Shown: positions 10,870 to 24,130, numbered from the stretch's first letter. The stretch is DNA of 26,725 nucleotides from Chiloscyllium plagiosum (GCF_004010195.1 NC_057718.1:33288820-33315544); one strand, 5' to 3'. Numbers and translations: made by a program. The notes: generated from the sequence alone by a model not told the origin.

Positions 10870-11280
10870 CCTTTTAGAGAATTCTCTCTGGATCGGATGT
10901 AGCAGAATTGGTTCCTTTGGTTTCTTCTCTGATGAACACAATCTTTCTCTGTCTGCCATCTCATTGCTTTCTCCCACAATAGCTGATTCTTCACTGATCC
11001 CACTTGATGGCCAATCCCCCAATTCAAGATATGACATCCCACTTTTCCCTCCTTGAATGGACTCTCTCTACCCAAATGCTTGCTTTTCCATCCATGTCCC
11101 CACCATTCTCCACCACTATCCCAGTTTCAGATTTCCAAGTGCCAACTCTACAATTCCCCAACTGATCTTTGCTTTTCCACCTCTTGATTTGCTGGATTAT
11201 TGGGTGAGAAACAGAAGAAAAACATAATAATGAAGTTCTCAACCTTGACAGCTTTCCCGCATGATCTGCTGCTCCATCCT
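10870..11280 (+). mobile_element. Possible very old PLE 3' region
   Basis: C/T-rich tract ending in aatgaagttctcaaccttgacagctttcc...tgatctgctg, which resembles the reverse complement of the short PLE repeats. Weak. Confidence 0.3.
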
Positions 11281-11924
11281 CACCTTGCTGTAAAAATCAG
11301 GGTCTCAAACTCTCAAACATGTATATACAGGTCAGTCTCAACATTGGAGATGGGTTTCCTTGTTATGACAATCCCATTTAACTTTCTCTGAGAGTAAAAT
11401 ATAATGCCAGTTTGATTAATGTCAAATTCATGAGTAATTTCATGTTGTGAGCTCATGCCCATCAGACACATGGTTAGGAAATGGCCCAAAAACATTTCAC
11501 ACAGGATTGTAAGCACCAGCATATTGAGGTTGACTGCAATTTTTATGAAATTCTAACCAAATGCATCTGTTCACATGTTTTACCTTGCAGTGAAAAAGAA
11601 ATGCAAGTATTCTGCAGGTACTTTAAACACAGCCAATAATAGGATAGTGATTATTGTTTCACTTGATTTAACATCAGATAGATAAGTAAAGTGTGGTAGG
11701 AAGGAGTTACCAACTCATTATACCATATCAGGGCATTTTAGAATAGGCTTAATTCCTGGCACAGTCAGGAGCAACAATTGTGGAAGTTTTATTGCAGAGA
11801 TACCACACTGCTCAGCAAACATTTCCAGTGGTTATCTACATTTTAAAACAAAAATGTATTTGTTTTAAAGTGTGCCATTGAGATCCAGTTATATCATTGT
11901 ATATTTGATTTCAACATGCTGCTT

Positions 11925-13690
11925 AGGCAAATAAGGTAAAGGAGAATCCAAAGGGCTTTTATAAATAACTTATGAACAAAAGGGGAACTAAGGAGAGAAT
12001 AGTGTCCCACAAAGATCAGCAAGGCAGCCTATGTGTGGAGCTGCAGGAGATGGGGAAGATACTAAACAAGTATTTTGCATCAGTGTTTACTGTAGAGAAG
12101 GATATGCTGGATATAGAATGTGGGGAAATAGATGGTGTCATCTTGAAAAATATCCATTTTACAGAGCAGGAGGTGTTGGATGTCTTGAAACGCATAAAAG
12201 GGGATAAATCCTCAGAACCTGAAAAGATGTACCCTAGAATCTGTGGGAAGCTAGAGAAGTGATTGTTGGGCCCATTGCTGAGATATTTGTATCATCGATA
12301 GCCACAGGTGACATGCCAGAAGACTGGAGGTTGGCTAAAGGTGGTAAGGAAATGCCAGGGAACTATAGACCAGTGAGCCTGACCTCAGTGGTGGCAAGTT
12401 GTTGGAAGGAATCCTGAGGGACAGGATTTACATGTATTTGGAAAGGCAAGGACTGATTAGGGATAATCAGCATGGCTTTGTTCATGGGAAATCATGTCTC
12501 ATGAACATGATTGAGTTTTTTGAAGAAGTAATGAAGAGGATTGATGAGGACAGTGCAATGGACGTGATCTAAATGGACTTCAGTAAGGCTTTTGACAAGG
12601 TTCCTCATGGGAGACTGGTTAGCAAGATTAGACCTCATGGAATACAGGGAGAACTAGCCATTTGGATGCAGAACTGGCTGGAAGGTAGAAGACAGAGGGT
12701 GGTGGTGGAGGGTTGTTTTTCAGACTGGAAGCCTGTGACCAGTGGAGTGCCACAAGGATCGGCGCAGGGTCCACTACTTTTCGTCATTTATTTAAATGAT
12801 TTGGACGTGAACATAGGAAGCATAGTTAGTAAGTTTGCAAGAGACACCAAATTTGGAGGTGTAGTGGACAGCGAAGAAGGTTACTTCAGATTACAACAGA
12901 TCTTGATCAGATGTATCAATATGCTGAGGAGTGGCAGATGGAGTTTAATTTAGATAAGTGTGAGGTGTTGCATTTTGAAAAAGCAATTCAGGGCAGGAGT
13001 TTTACACTTAATGGTAAGGTTCTGGGGAATGTTGCTGAACAAAGAAACCTTGGAGTGCAGGTTCACAGTTCCTTGAAAGTGGAGTCGCAGGTAGATAGGA
13101 TAGTGAAGAGGGCATTTGGTATGCTTTCTTTTATTGGTCAGAGTATTGAGTACAGGAGTTTGGGAGGTCATGTTGCGACTGTACAAGACATTGGTTAGGC
13201 CACTGTTGGAATAGTTGGAATATTGCGTGCAATTCTGGTCTCCTTCCTATTGGAAGGATGTTGTGAAACTTGAAAGGGTTCAGAAAAGATTTACAAGGAT
13301 GTTGCCAGGGTTGGAGGATTTGAGCTATAGGGAGAGGCTGAACAAGCTGGGGCTGTTTTCCCTGGAGTGTCAGGGGTGACCTTATAGAGGTTTATAAAAT
13401 TAAGAGGGCATGGTATAGGATGAGAAAGGAAAGATATAAAAGAGACCTAAGGGGCAACTTTTTCATGCAGAGGGTGGTGCTTGTATGGAATGAGCTGCCA
13501 GAGGAAGTGGTGGAGGCTGGTACAATTGCAGCATTTAAAAGGCATCTGGATGGGTATATGAATAGGAAGGGTTTGGAGGGATATGGGTCAGGTGCTGGCA
13601 CATGGGACTAGACTAATTTAAGAATCTGGTCAGCCTGGATGTGTTGGACCAAATGGTCTTTTTTTTTATACCACACATCTCTGTGATCTA
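11925..13690 (+). mobile_element. 5'-truncated CR1 (HER1-like) LINE: disrupted ORF2 reverse transcriptase and 3' UTR
   Basis: [50 protein letters not shown] (FADD mutated), [39 protein letters not shown]; several frameshifts. Confidence 0.95.
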
Positions 13691-13724
13691 TATCATTAAT
13701 TTTTTAAAATTAATCTATTTTTCC

Positions 13725-13825
13725 TAATCAACCTGTTCAGAGATGTTATTATAAACCTATGGAACAGGTGGGATTTGAGCCTGGATCCCTTGGACCACAG
13801 GTAGGGACAATACCACTGAGGGCTC
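13725..13825 (-). mobile_element. Short tRNA-derived SINE (same family as 438-536)
   Basis: ctgttcagagatgttatta...ggtgggatttgagcc...gtagggacaataccactg aligns with 438-536. Confidence 0.65.
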
Positions 13826-15189
13826 TCACATGTCTCTCTCATGGCAACCATATCCAATTCACAACATTTGTGAGATGTGTATGTCTATTTAGATCTCCTT
13901 TTTACCTGGCTGCTTGTCTCCACACTCAAACACAGTGAAGTTGTACAAGGATATTGCTTGTACTCCAGAGAGAGTTTGTGGTTGTTAACTTGAAGTAACT
14001 CTGTTGAACAACATGGTGAGTAATTTTAACAAACTCGCTGGCTGCTATACATGTGGGATCAGGTTACCTTCAATAGAGATTCATATTAGGCAGGATGTAC
14101 GTGCTCTTTTATACATTGACACAGCCTGTTTTGAGTTATGTCGATCTGTTGCCTCATTCCTTCTTGCTTTGTCATGGTTTTAAGCGTTTGTTATATAGAG
14201 TTTGTGTTTTGCACTTCAGACCATGGTTTCTTCTAAATTCCAGATGATCTCAATAAACAAGGAGGTGGAGTGGTCATCTCTATGATGCCTAAGTGTTTTC
14301 CATTCCAATGTTGTTTCAACGGAGAAAGTGCCTTCATGTACTATTATTAGCTAATAATAAAAAAAGTTGGAATTTCAGTTCAAAGGTTTTGAAACAGTGA
14401 ACTTGATTTATGAACACTGTTCAACTTGGTTTTCTTCAGTTGCAGACTTCAGAAACATGGTAATGTTCCCAGTCTTATATCGGACCTGTTCATCTGTATT
14501 GAATTAACACTGCAAACTCTCTCAACATTGGAGGAGAGAACCATCAGCGGAGTCAGTCACGCAATGTGGTTTTGTTTCATTTCCAGGGATAAAATTTGAG
14601 TAAGAGACTTCTAATTATATTGCAGCATCAAGAGGAAATTTAAACATATTCCTTGTTCCATACTTGAAACTTTACTATTGTTAACTATCTTGATTAGAAG
14701 GTGTCATCTTTGGAGACAAACTTGGCACATTGAAAGACTAAACTCAAATGAAGCAAAGCCAAAACCACAGATGTAGCCATCTTCCTGTGAGTACCATGAC
14801 ATGTGGGTAGGTAATGATAGAGAGGATGATTCTGGCTGCTATTCTGGATGGCAAACCTATTTTTGTTGGCACTGCCTTCCATGAATCACACTTGTGGTAC
14901 GAAGTGTAAAAGCTTCCAAGAAATTGTTTTCTTGTCCAGTTTTCTTCTCCCTTCACCGAAAGATATCATGGGAAAAATTCAGCAGTCACACCCATTCTTT
15001 TGAGATTTTAATTTGCCTCCTTATTGTTGGATCCCTGCATGCCATCTTAATAAGGGAGCTTGCGCATGAACCCATAACACAGCTGACATCATGTGGAGGA
15101 GGTCGACTATGGTGTCAACCAACATGCGGAACCTAACTTTACACAGCTTAATGACATGAACAGCATCACACCAGCACGATTTAATTACA

Positions 15190-15317
15190 AAAACAGAATT
15201 CTGTGGGCCCTGAAAATCTGAAGTAGGCAAAAACTGCAGGAAATATTCAGCTTGTCAGGCAACATCTGTGCAGAGAAACAGAGTTAACGTTTCAAAGCGA
15301 TGACCTTACATCAGGAC
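15190..15317 (-). mobile_element. Diverged PLE-derived short repeat
   Basis: gaaatattcagcttgtcaggcaacatctgtgcagagaaacagagttaacgtttc...catcagg; the minus strand keeps CUGAUG...GAAACGUU. Confidence 0.6.
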
Positions 15318-15599
15318 TAGTGAATTATTTACAAGTTAGTTGCTGGACTCTTTCTTCTGGCTATTGGTACAGTTCTTCATGTTTTTCTACCATTGTCTGA
15401 AGTTTCACGAGTACACAGGGAGTTGTCTGGCTGATGCTGAATTACTTTATTGGTGGTTTAAAGCTTTGTGCTGGAACAAGTTATTTCCAGATGTGAATAA
15501 CCTGATAGGCCTTCTGCTTTAATTTGAGCTTGATGGGGTGAATGATCAGAGGCCCCACTGACAGAGACAAGTTGCTAGAAGGGGGAGGAAGAATAGGGG

Positions 15600-16320
15600 A
15601 AGGGTTTTGCAAGCAGACACCATCTCTACAATGGGCTTTCAGGGACCTATTCTGTTACCTGAACATCAGTAGGGATTAATGCTTGAAATGTCTTTGCTTC
15701 ACTAAAGAGATAACTGAAATTTGACAACTGCTACAGCCAAAACTGAAGACTTAAAGCAAGGCAAGGTTGCGTTGCATGAAGCAGTTGGTGTGGCTATGGA
15801 TGTAGATTTTTATGCTTCTGGATCTGGAAGTATAAGTCACGCTTCATAGTTTGCAGTATACTACCCTATACTTGAGGTTACAAGATTCCCCAAAAGAGAG
15901 ATGCTTCTATCCCATTCCCCCTTCTTAAAGAAATGCACGTAGAGTAGCACTAAGATTTGCTGAGATTGCAAAATTCTTGATGGTGTATAGTCTAATTGAA
16001 TGTATGCATGTTAAATCCACATATCCCTGATCTTAGATACACCCACTGTTATTGCCCATCAAAGCAAGTCAAAGTCTGGCTACTGGGAGAAAAAGTATTG
16101 TCTAAACTTGACATTACAGAAGTCCCACATATGTCTGGGGCAGGCCTGCAATGAGAGTCATGCTGCCACAAGAAACATTATAGAGCACATCACTGGCATC
16201 TCTAAGAAACACTACCACTTCTTTAACCAGTACCCTCCAGTACTCAACTGAATAGGTGTCAGGACAGATCATGGAGAATCTGCTAGTGTGCAGCATGTTG
16301 CAAAGCTTTGTTATTGTGAA
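15600..16320 (+). pseudogene. PIF/Harbinger (HARBI1-like) DDE transposase fossil
   Basis: Colinear motifs: FRDLFCYLNISRD*CLKCLCFTKEITEI*QLLQPKL (from 15638), AVGVAMDVDFYASGS (to 15825), FAEIAKFLMVYSLIECMHV (IDCTHV-like, to 16012), WLLGEK (16077-16094), NESHAATRNIIE (16150-16185), LQYSTE*VS and VCSMLQS. Stops, frameshifts and deletions. Confidence 0.85.
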
Positions 16321-16462
16321 TGAATAGCTGTGACATTACCTATGAGTTGAGAAGCTGGAGTATAAGAAGGAGAGGGAGAATGTACAATTGGAAGTAAAAA
16401 AAAGAAGAGAAAAGGAGGATACAATAGACAGCCCCTTTCTACATTGTCATTCTACATTTGGT

Positions 16463-16760
16463 GGGCAGCACGGTGGCACAGTGGTTAGCACTGCTGCCTC
16501 ACAGCGCCAGAGACCCGCGTACAACTCCCGCCTCAGGCAACTGTCTGTGTGGTGTTTACACATTCTCCCCGTGTCTGCGTGGGTTTCCTCCAGGTGCTCC
16601 GGTTTCCTCCCACAGTCCAAAAATGTGCAGGTTAGGTGAATTGCCCGTAGTGTTAGTTGATAGGGTAAATGTAGGGTCTGGGTGGGTTGCTTTTCAGAGG
16701 GTCGGTTTTGGCTTGTTGGGCTGAAGGGCCTGTTTCCGCACTGTAAGTAATCTAATCTAA
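16463..16760 (+). mobile_element. HE1-type V-SINE
   Basis: Highly similar to 9280-9610; B box mutated (gcgtacaactcc), small internal deletions, taatctaatctaa tail. Confidence 0.92.
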
Positions 16761-17849
16761 TGATTCACAAGTGATAGCAATGATTGCAACCACAACTCCC
16801 CATTCACCAACAGTCTCACATAACTTACCTTTTGTCCGTCACTGCCCATCACTTTCAGGCAGTTCAGAAAGAAAAGCCATAAGAGAAAGCACAATCCAAA
16901 TCAACTTATAAATTAAATTGTACCACAATATATGAACTAAAATTTCTTGTGCATTTGTTTAGTACTATTTCCATGTGCCTTTGTCTCTCCTCATTCTCCT
17001 TTGAGGTTCTTCCCTAGTGGCTGTAGTGTGTCTAGTGTCAGATTACTGACTTCCAGTGAAGGAGACTGCAGATGACTGAGGATGGCCTCAGACCAACCTA
17101 GATGAACAGTTAAGCAGACTGCACCATATCATCCTGGTTGACAGGAAATAGCAAGAAGTCTTGTTAACATCCCGAGAAAGGATGGCAGATCTATGCACTA
17201 TAAAGACACTTATGCCTCAGCAATTCTAGCAATCTGTTGGAGAACAGCTTGATGGACTGGCGAGATGTCCTGGGAGACCATTTAAATGCTGGCATCCAGA
17301 GCTAGGATGGCATCAGTCTGACATTCCACTGCAACAATGGAATATTTGGTGGAAGTTGGTTGTGCCACAATGGAAGCTGAGATTTCAGTTATCAGGCACT
17401 ACCTCATGATGGGTGTATCTTTCTCTCATGGACATCACTCCAAATCACACTTATCCACCATCTTCTGGTACACATTGCTCACAGTCACCCACCTCAAATA
17501 TTCTGTATCTGCAATAGTCCATCATTTCTCACACTCATCAATGCTTTGTGGTTCTCATTGCAGAACAGGGGCCAAGGCTTTAAAGGAGAGACTGGAGTGA
17601 GCATGAAGCCATGAAGAAGTTGAGATTGGCATGAGTATGGGGAGTTAATAACTGAGAAATGAGGATGTCCCAAAGAGCTGGCAACAGCATTAAACAAAGT
17701 TCTGTCAATTGGATTTGTCAATAACATTGAATTAATGTCACCAATACATTAAAAGCCATGATCTGCACTATGCTAACTTGGAAGCCTATTTCACCTTGCA
17801 GCATTAATTCATGCTTTCCATCTCAGACAGGAGTATCTTGGACCCTGAC

Positions 17850-18052
17850 AGAGTCATAGAGTCATAGAGATGTACAGCATGGAAACAGACCCTTCGGTCC
17901 AACCCGTCCATGCCTACCAGATATCCCAAATCAATCTAGTCCTACCTGCCAGCACCCAGCCCATATCCTTCCAAACCCTTTCTATTCATATACCCATCCA
18001 AATGCCTCTTAAATGTTGCAATTGTAGAAGCCTCCACCACTTCCTCTGGCAG
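17850..18052 (-). mobile_element. CR1/HER1 LINE 3' end
   Basis: Minus strand encodes LPEEVVEASTIATFKRHLDGYMNRKGLEGYG, nearly the same as 13495-13590; tail repeat gagtcatagagtcataga. Confidence 0.93.
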
Positions 18053-18459
18053 ATTAAATAAGGAAAGAAGTTGAGGAATACCAACATTCTGAAGATATAC
18101 TATCACACTGTACCCTATTGCTTCCATCAGTACAGACTAACAAATAAACACCAACCACTCACTCCTCAGTGGCTCCAACATCACACCTAGACAGGGCAAC
18201 ACATGATGGATGGTCCCCATTAGTGGTCACAAGCCAATTATGTATAGACACTATTTCAGCTTAATTTTGGCATTTAAACAGATGATTTGCTTTATTATTG
18301 AACATGGTTGCTGTATCTTCCATTCATTGTTAATCAAGCCAAAACTGTCACATGACAACTCACTGGCATTTATGTTTAGTGATAGAACTAGGCATCACTG
18401 GTATTCTCTTGCAGATGCGATTCACACCCTAACTTCATCATGCAAATGACTCCATCCAG

Positions 18460-18838
18460 AAGAAGGCCGTTTGGCCCATCATGTCTTCAAACAAGACCAT
18501 TACCTAATGCCAGTCTCCTGCTTTTTGCGAATACCCTTGTACACTATTTATATCCACATGACCACCCAATGCCCTCCTGACCCTAGCTACTCACTATGTT
18601 TTCTCTCATCACACTTGCTTCTTTTGTACATCACTCTAAATCTAGGTCCTCTCGTTCTTGTTCCTGTTACAAGTGGGAACAGCTTCAACCTATCTACACT
18701 ATCCATCCCACTCATGATTTTGCAAACCTCGATCAAACCTCCTCTCAGGTTTTTTTTTTCCCCTTGAAGGAGGGCAATCCCAACTTCTTCAATCTATCCT
18801 CATAGCTGAAGTTTCATAGTCCTGGAGCCATTTTGTAA
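18460..18838 (-). mobile_element. Older CR1 3' fragment
   Basis: gaaggccgtttggcccatc...tctacactatccatcccactcatgattttgcaaacctcgatcaaacctcctctcag...atcctcatagctgaag, typical antisense CR1 ORF2 end. Confidence 0.7.
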
Positions 18839-18904
18839 AGAAGGCCGGCTTTCTTGACAATAGCCTATCTGGATAGACTGTGAACCCAAACTACAAGATC
18901 ACAC

Positions 18905-18972
18905 ATGGAAGGAGCAAAAGTAGACCATTCAGACCATCGAAGCTGTTCTGCCATTCAATGAATCATTAGCTG
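18905..18972 (-). mobile_element. CR1 3'-tail fragment
   Basis: ggagcaaaagtagaccattcagaccatcgaagctgttctgccattcaatgaatcattagctg resembles 20340-20400. Confidence 0.55.
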
Positions 18973-20319
18973 GGGTCCTAAAAAGCTGGAAGCTGTCACA
19001 TCCAGGAGCATTACTTACATGTTCTGCTCAGGCTGCAACGGCCTAAAGGTATTCATTTAAATAGGAATGTTGCCAACATAAACTCATAGAGATGTACAGA
19101 CCCTTAGAAACCCTGAAAGCTGTAGCAGTAACTTGATTTATTTGATCACCCAGCAGTCAAATCAACAGTAAAGCTCAAAGGTAAATCAGGCTGCAGAGGT
19201 AAACACATTTTTCTTAAACAAATATGTCAGGCAATGTATTCATTGAAGGTACTTTCACACTATTCGTCCAATATCTAATCTTACAAACCATTATACAACA
19301 GGAATACAACAATTAGGTTGAAAAGTTTTATAGTGTCTTTGTAAATACTAATGTTGTAACTGCTTGGTTTTTTGGCTTCCAGATGTTAGAAACAATTGCA
19401 CTTTTGGCTTGAAGAGGTTTGAATACGTTGTCTTTAATTCAACTGTTTATGCTGCCAGTTAGGGTGATGGCCTTAGGTAACTGACCTGTTACACATAACT
19501 TGATCTTTCAAAGCAGCCATGAATGTGGCACTCTGGAACATTTACATGTATGATTGAGTCCTGACTAATTAGTTTTTAAATATTTATAGAAAATATTGTA
19601 ACAGGCAAATCTCTGTGAAGCTAACACATATAATTGGGAACAATTGGACAGATAGGACTTTTCTAATATAGTTTCTGACAGTCACTGAATTAAAGTTTGT
19701 TTCTTTTCTTAATGATTTTAATTACTGAATCAAACATTACAGGCTGTGCCAGATTGTAGGTAAAGTTTAATTTACCCTGACAGCCAGAATTCAGGATTTT
19801 GCATTTTTGCAATTCTGTAAGGAAAATGCCGGAGAGAAGCAATTTCAATTTCTGGAACATTTAACATGCTCATTAGAAAAATGGCTGCAATCATCATACC
19901 CCCAGCTACTCAGACTCATTTAACACTTTGTGGAACATGCATATAAATAACACCTAGTCACCAGAAACCTACTTTCTTGTATTTTTGTGTGGTAAGTTAC
20001 TTTCAATAAGAATGTTTTCAATAATTAACTTAAGCAATGAAGCTGCTAAACTTCTGAAAATTAACATGTGGTACTATCAATAACAATGTTATGCAAAATA
20101 GATCTTTATTTAAAAGGAAATACAGGGTTAGAGTTAAGAAAGAAAGGTCTTCACTGAGTTAAAATTCTGTCCCTTTTATTAAGATCATACAATGGGCTTG
20201 ATATCAATTCATTTGACAATTTAGAAAACTATTAACTTATTTTACTGACATGAAGATTGTTCAGAAGCTGCTTGCTCCGTCTTTATTGTTGTGTCGCATG
20301 TCATATGGCTCAAATGAAT

Positions 20320-20850
20320 ATATGAATGTATGAATTAAGAGCAGACATAGACATTTGGCCCTTCAAATCTGATCTGTCATTCAAGAAGACCATGGCTGAT
20401 ATATTTGTGTTTTGAAATCCACATTCCCATCTCCTCCTGATAAGAATTGACTCCATCACCTGACAAAAATCTATCTTACTCCACCTTAAAAATGTTCAAT
20501 AATTACATCTCCAACAATTCTGAGGCAGAGAGTTCCAAAGTTGCACAACACTCAAGAGTAAAAAAGAACTCTTCACCTCTGATGTAAAAGGGTGATCCCT
20601 TAATTTTAATACTGGGCTCACAAGAGGAAACATCACTTCCACATCTACTTTGTCAAGACTTTCAAGAACTTCAACACTTCAGTATCACCCCTCACTCTTC
20701 TAAAACTCCAGTCTAAAACTTCTGTCTAACATTTCATCATAAGATGATCCACGCATTCCAGGTGTCAATCTAGAACTCTGAAACTATCCTTTCTATGGTC
20801 TCCAATGCATTTTCATCCTTCCTTAAATAAAGAGACCAAAACTGCACACC
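20320..20850 (-). mobile_element. Older CR1 3' fragment
   Basis: atatgaatgtatgaattaagagcag...ggcagagagttccaaag...ccttaaataaagagaccaaaactgcacac; the last part is the antisense of the VQFWSPYLRK-type CR1 motif. Confidence 0.75.
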
Positions 20851-20964
20851 AACAAGAGTTGTACACAAAGTTGTGATTTCAAGCAAAAAGTTCATCCAGA
20901 GACAGCTGACCCCAGCAAGCTGCACTATTGGCAGTCAAACTGTTTGCAGTGGAGTTTCTTGCAT

Positions 20965-21190
20965 TGCCATGGCTTCACAAAATCATCAAATTTTACAGCT
21001 CAGGAGGAAGCCATTTGTGCAAGGCTGCTTTGAAGGCACTGTTTTCTGTGGAGTCACTCCAGGAAACTCTCTGTTGGTGGTGTCACCAATGCTGCCAAAC
21101 TACAACATACAAGTCTACTACATACAGCAATAACATGGAAAGGTTGTCAAAGGAATTTATGACAAGACTATTATTCTATAAAAAGTAAGA
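20965..21190 (+). pseudogene. Possible Harbinger Myb/SANT-like ORF fossil
   Basis: MASQ...RRKPF, AALKALF...LQETL and TWKGCQRN in shifting frames, followed by a donor-like aa|gtaag; positioned convergent to the transposase fossil at 22170-22700. Confidence 0.35.
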
Positions 21191-22169
21191 ACACTTTTTT
21201 TTTTCCTTTTTAAGACAACTGACACAAGAATTATGATGGAGGAGGTATGAATGATTTTGGAAGAGCTCTGAAAACATGGCCTCTAGCTTGGAGGCAACCA
21301 TGAGTCATCAAAACCTCAGAGTCTAAAGCAGCCGCTGACAGCAGGTCCCTGAAGTACTTAATGTCATTTCTTTGTCCAATAAGGAGACTTGGCAGGATTT
21401 CCAAAAGCAGTTCAATGACTCGTAAATGGCAAGGAAATAACTTCTAGAATCTCTGAGGCAATTGAGGTGCACCTCAAAGCCTGGGACTTGTCATACCTAA
21501 GGTGCAACATAACAGAACATGTTACTTTTGATTCTGTACATTTGAACCATGTAGAAACTGGCCAATAGTTCTTTAAAGGTATGTCATCGTTCACGGACTG
21601 TTTAGAGAAAGAACTCAAGGTATAAATGGAAATGGTTAGAACAGCTTAACAGCTCAGTTAAGCAACAGGTGTACACAGGATTTTTGCAGCTCTCTCATTT
21701 AGAGAAAAAAAAATATGACAATGAGGGATTTGTCAGAAATCCTGAGATACCTGTAGGCATCACCAAACCTCTCAAGGGCAACAAATTCCAGTGCCTCCCA
21801 AGTTCCACAAACCAAAAATACTTTTGGAAGAGGGATGGTTGAAAATTTTCATAAGAATTTGAATGGGATGATCAACTTGTGAATCCACGTAGTCTCCCCT
21901 AAATATTACCCTGCTCAGAATGTCTCTGGAACATCTGCCTTTTTTTATCCTCCAGATATTCCTAGATTATTCAGCCCAGCTCTCCAGGATATCAACTGGG
22001 CATTGTTCTGGCCTTGCTATCACAGAGAGCTCAGCAACAAAGAGAGGAAGATATTCCTTGGCTGCTGTTAAAGGACGGTCTCTTGAGCCCCGGTTCTCGA
22101 GACACTGAGTTAAAAATTCCCCAGTCAATCCTTGGCAATCTGGCCTCTCTTCTGGAATTCCATTTTCAG

Positions 22170-22700
22170 TCATTTCTAAATTGTAAGGCCCAAATATATC
22201 AAGCAGCAAAACCTTGCCTTCAGAATCCTTTTCAGTGACCTCTCAAGTTGTTGAATGATTTAACTGCAGCAACGTGTTATTGGTATGTTTGGCAGCCATT
22301 GTGCAGTTAATAATCAAGGGAAAAAGCATTTTGCCTGTTTTCCCAGAAAACTCCCCAATAGTTACCTTCCCCAAAGCAGCAAGGCGGCTGCAGTTGTTCA
22401 TGAGAACAACATCATGGACAATGTGTGCAAATGTTGTATTAGCATACAAGATTGGGTAAAGCTGGTCAAAGAATACTTTAAAATTGAGGGAATGAAATCC
22501 TTGTCTATTCAATAATTCTGAGGACTCACAGCAGGACGATGCAGTGTAATGCAAATGTTTGCTCTCTGAATTTGGTGTAAGCTGGCAAGTTGCCAGATCT
22601 ACCAGGGACTTCATATATTTCTGCATGAATGAGGTTTACTGAGAATGGCGTGGGTGACCTGTCACATGAAATACCTAACAGGATGGTCAAATCTATATCT
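22170..22700 (-). pseudogene. Second PIF/Harbinger (HARBI1-like) transposase fossil
   Basis: Minus strand: QVTHAIL/MQKYMK, LNRQGFHSLN (NRKGFHSLN motif, about 22482-22512), AHIVHDVV (PGSxHD-like), HSTT*EVTE and ILKARFCCL (LKxRFRCL motif, about 22200-22226). Confidence 0.8.
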
Positions 22701-24024
22701 CTACCAAACCTTGCTGTATCTTTTCCTAAAGTAACTGAAGATATCACTGGTTTATGCTCGTAAACAGGCTTGACCTCACCACTGGTCCTGTCAGGTTGGA
22801 AGCATGAATGATTTCAGCAGGGCCACAGTCAGTAAACATTCTCTCAATGGCTGTCTCAAGACTCTTTTTTTCCAAAGATAATCCCTACAGCAGATGTTCA
22901 ATATATTGGTCACATAACGAATAAGTTTACAAAATTGTGCTCACAGCAGGGCGGCTACCCAATAGAGGCATATTTCTGGAATTCAGAAATGTGCTGTCCA
23001 CAATCTCCTGTCCATTGATGGAGGAAAAATTGCTTGTGGCCCCTCACCAAATTGATGATGTGCATTCCCAGAAGGCTTGGTGTTCTGCCAGGAATGCAAT
23101 TTTGTAAAACTGGTCCTGGAGTTTCATGGTACAGCCTGTCTTTACTTTTGTTTCAAGTCATGATGTTATTTGATTGTTACTATATATATTCGTGATTCAC
23201 AGAGAAAAATAAAGAGCTGGCATCTGGTGAATCTATCATCTATCCTTGTCTTGGACCTGCTTATGATCAGCTTCCAAAATCACAACAGCATAAATCTTAA
23301 CATGGAAGTTGTTTCACTGTGTATTAAACCATCCAACGTCAGCCCTCTGCTCTAACAGTTCATGGATAATTTTGATGCCATTTTGAACTCCATCAGTGAG
23401 TAATGCCTGATTGCCTTTCCTTAGAGTACAGTCAATGCAGAGGAACTGGTCCAAGGTCAATGACACAAATAAGTGATCATGCATTGGCAGTCTTTCCTGC
23501 AATCAGGTATATTAATGCTGTTCAGCAGAAGCCACCTTCAACCATCACATGTACACAAGGATAAGGAAAGAAAGAAATTAGAGAATATTTACTCTGGTGC
23601 ACTTATAGCCCAGAACAACTTCCATGTTTACAATTTTACTGTAAGTAGTGATCAAAGCAAATCTTCTTGCTACATTTATTGATGTGTTATGTCTTAGTTG
23701 GTTCAATGCCTGCTGAATCTTCCAATACCACATTATTCATAACACTTACATTACCTCGTCAGGTGCAAATACCCATCTGGAAGGAAACCTACATCACAGG
23801 AGCAGTTTACTTACAATATAATGATATAATACAGTGACAAGCAATAAGGTCAAAAATATTTGGAAAAGTATTGATTAATAGCTTGGATCCACTTCAGATA
23901 TTAAGACAAATAGATGCACTTTGTAATTAGGATTTCAGTTTAGCACTGCAGCAAACTAATGGACTTAGTAAGTTAATAAAAAAAAGCTGCTTTTGATGTT
24001 TGTAATAAGTCAGCTCTGACATCT

Positions 24025-24130
24025 GAAACTGGATGGCAAAGTAGGTTAGAACAGCTTGTCCTTTCACCTCTGGGATCTGGGTTTGAATCTATCCCAGATG
24101 GGTCTCCTCCCTCTGGCAGCTGTTAAAATG
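24025..24130 (+). mobile_element. Ancient tRNA-derived SINE head
   Basis: actggatggcaaagtagg (A-box-like)...cctttcacctctgggatctgggtttgaatc (B-box-like)...cccag. Confidence 0.55.

Noticed and set aside
23359..23395. Candidate 37-nt + strand exon (ctctaacag|...|gtgagt; FMDNFDAILNSI)
   Set aside because: Plausible splice signals but no recognisable protein and no compatible neighbouring exons; expected by chance in 27 kb.
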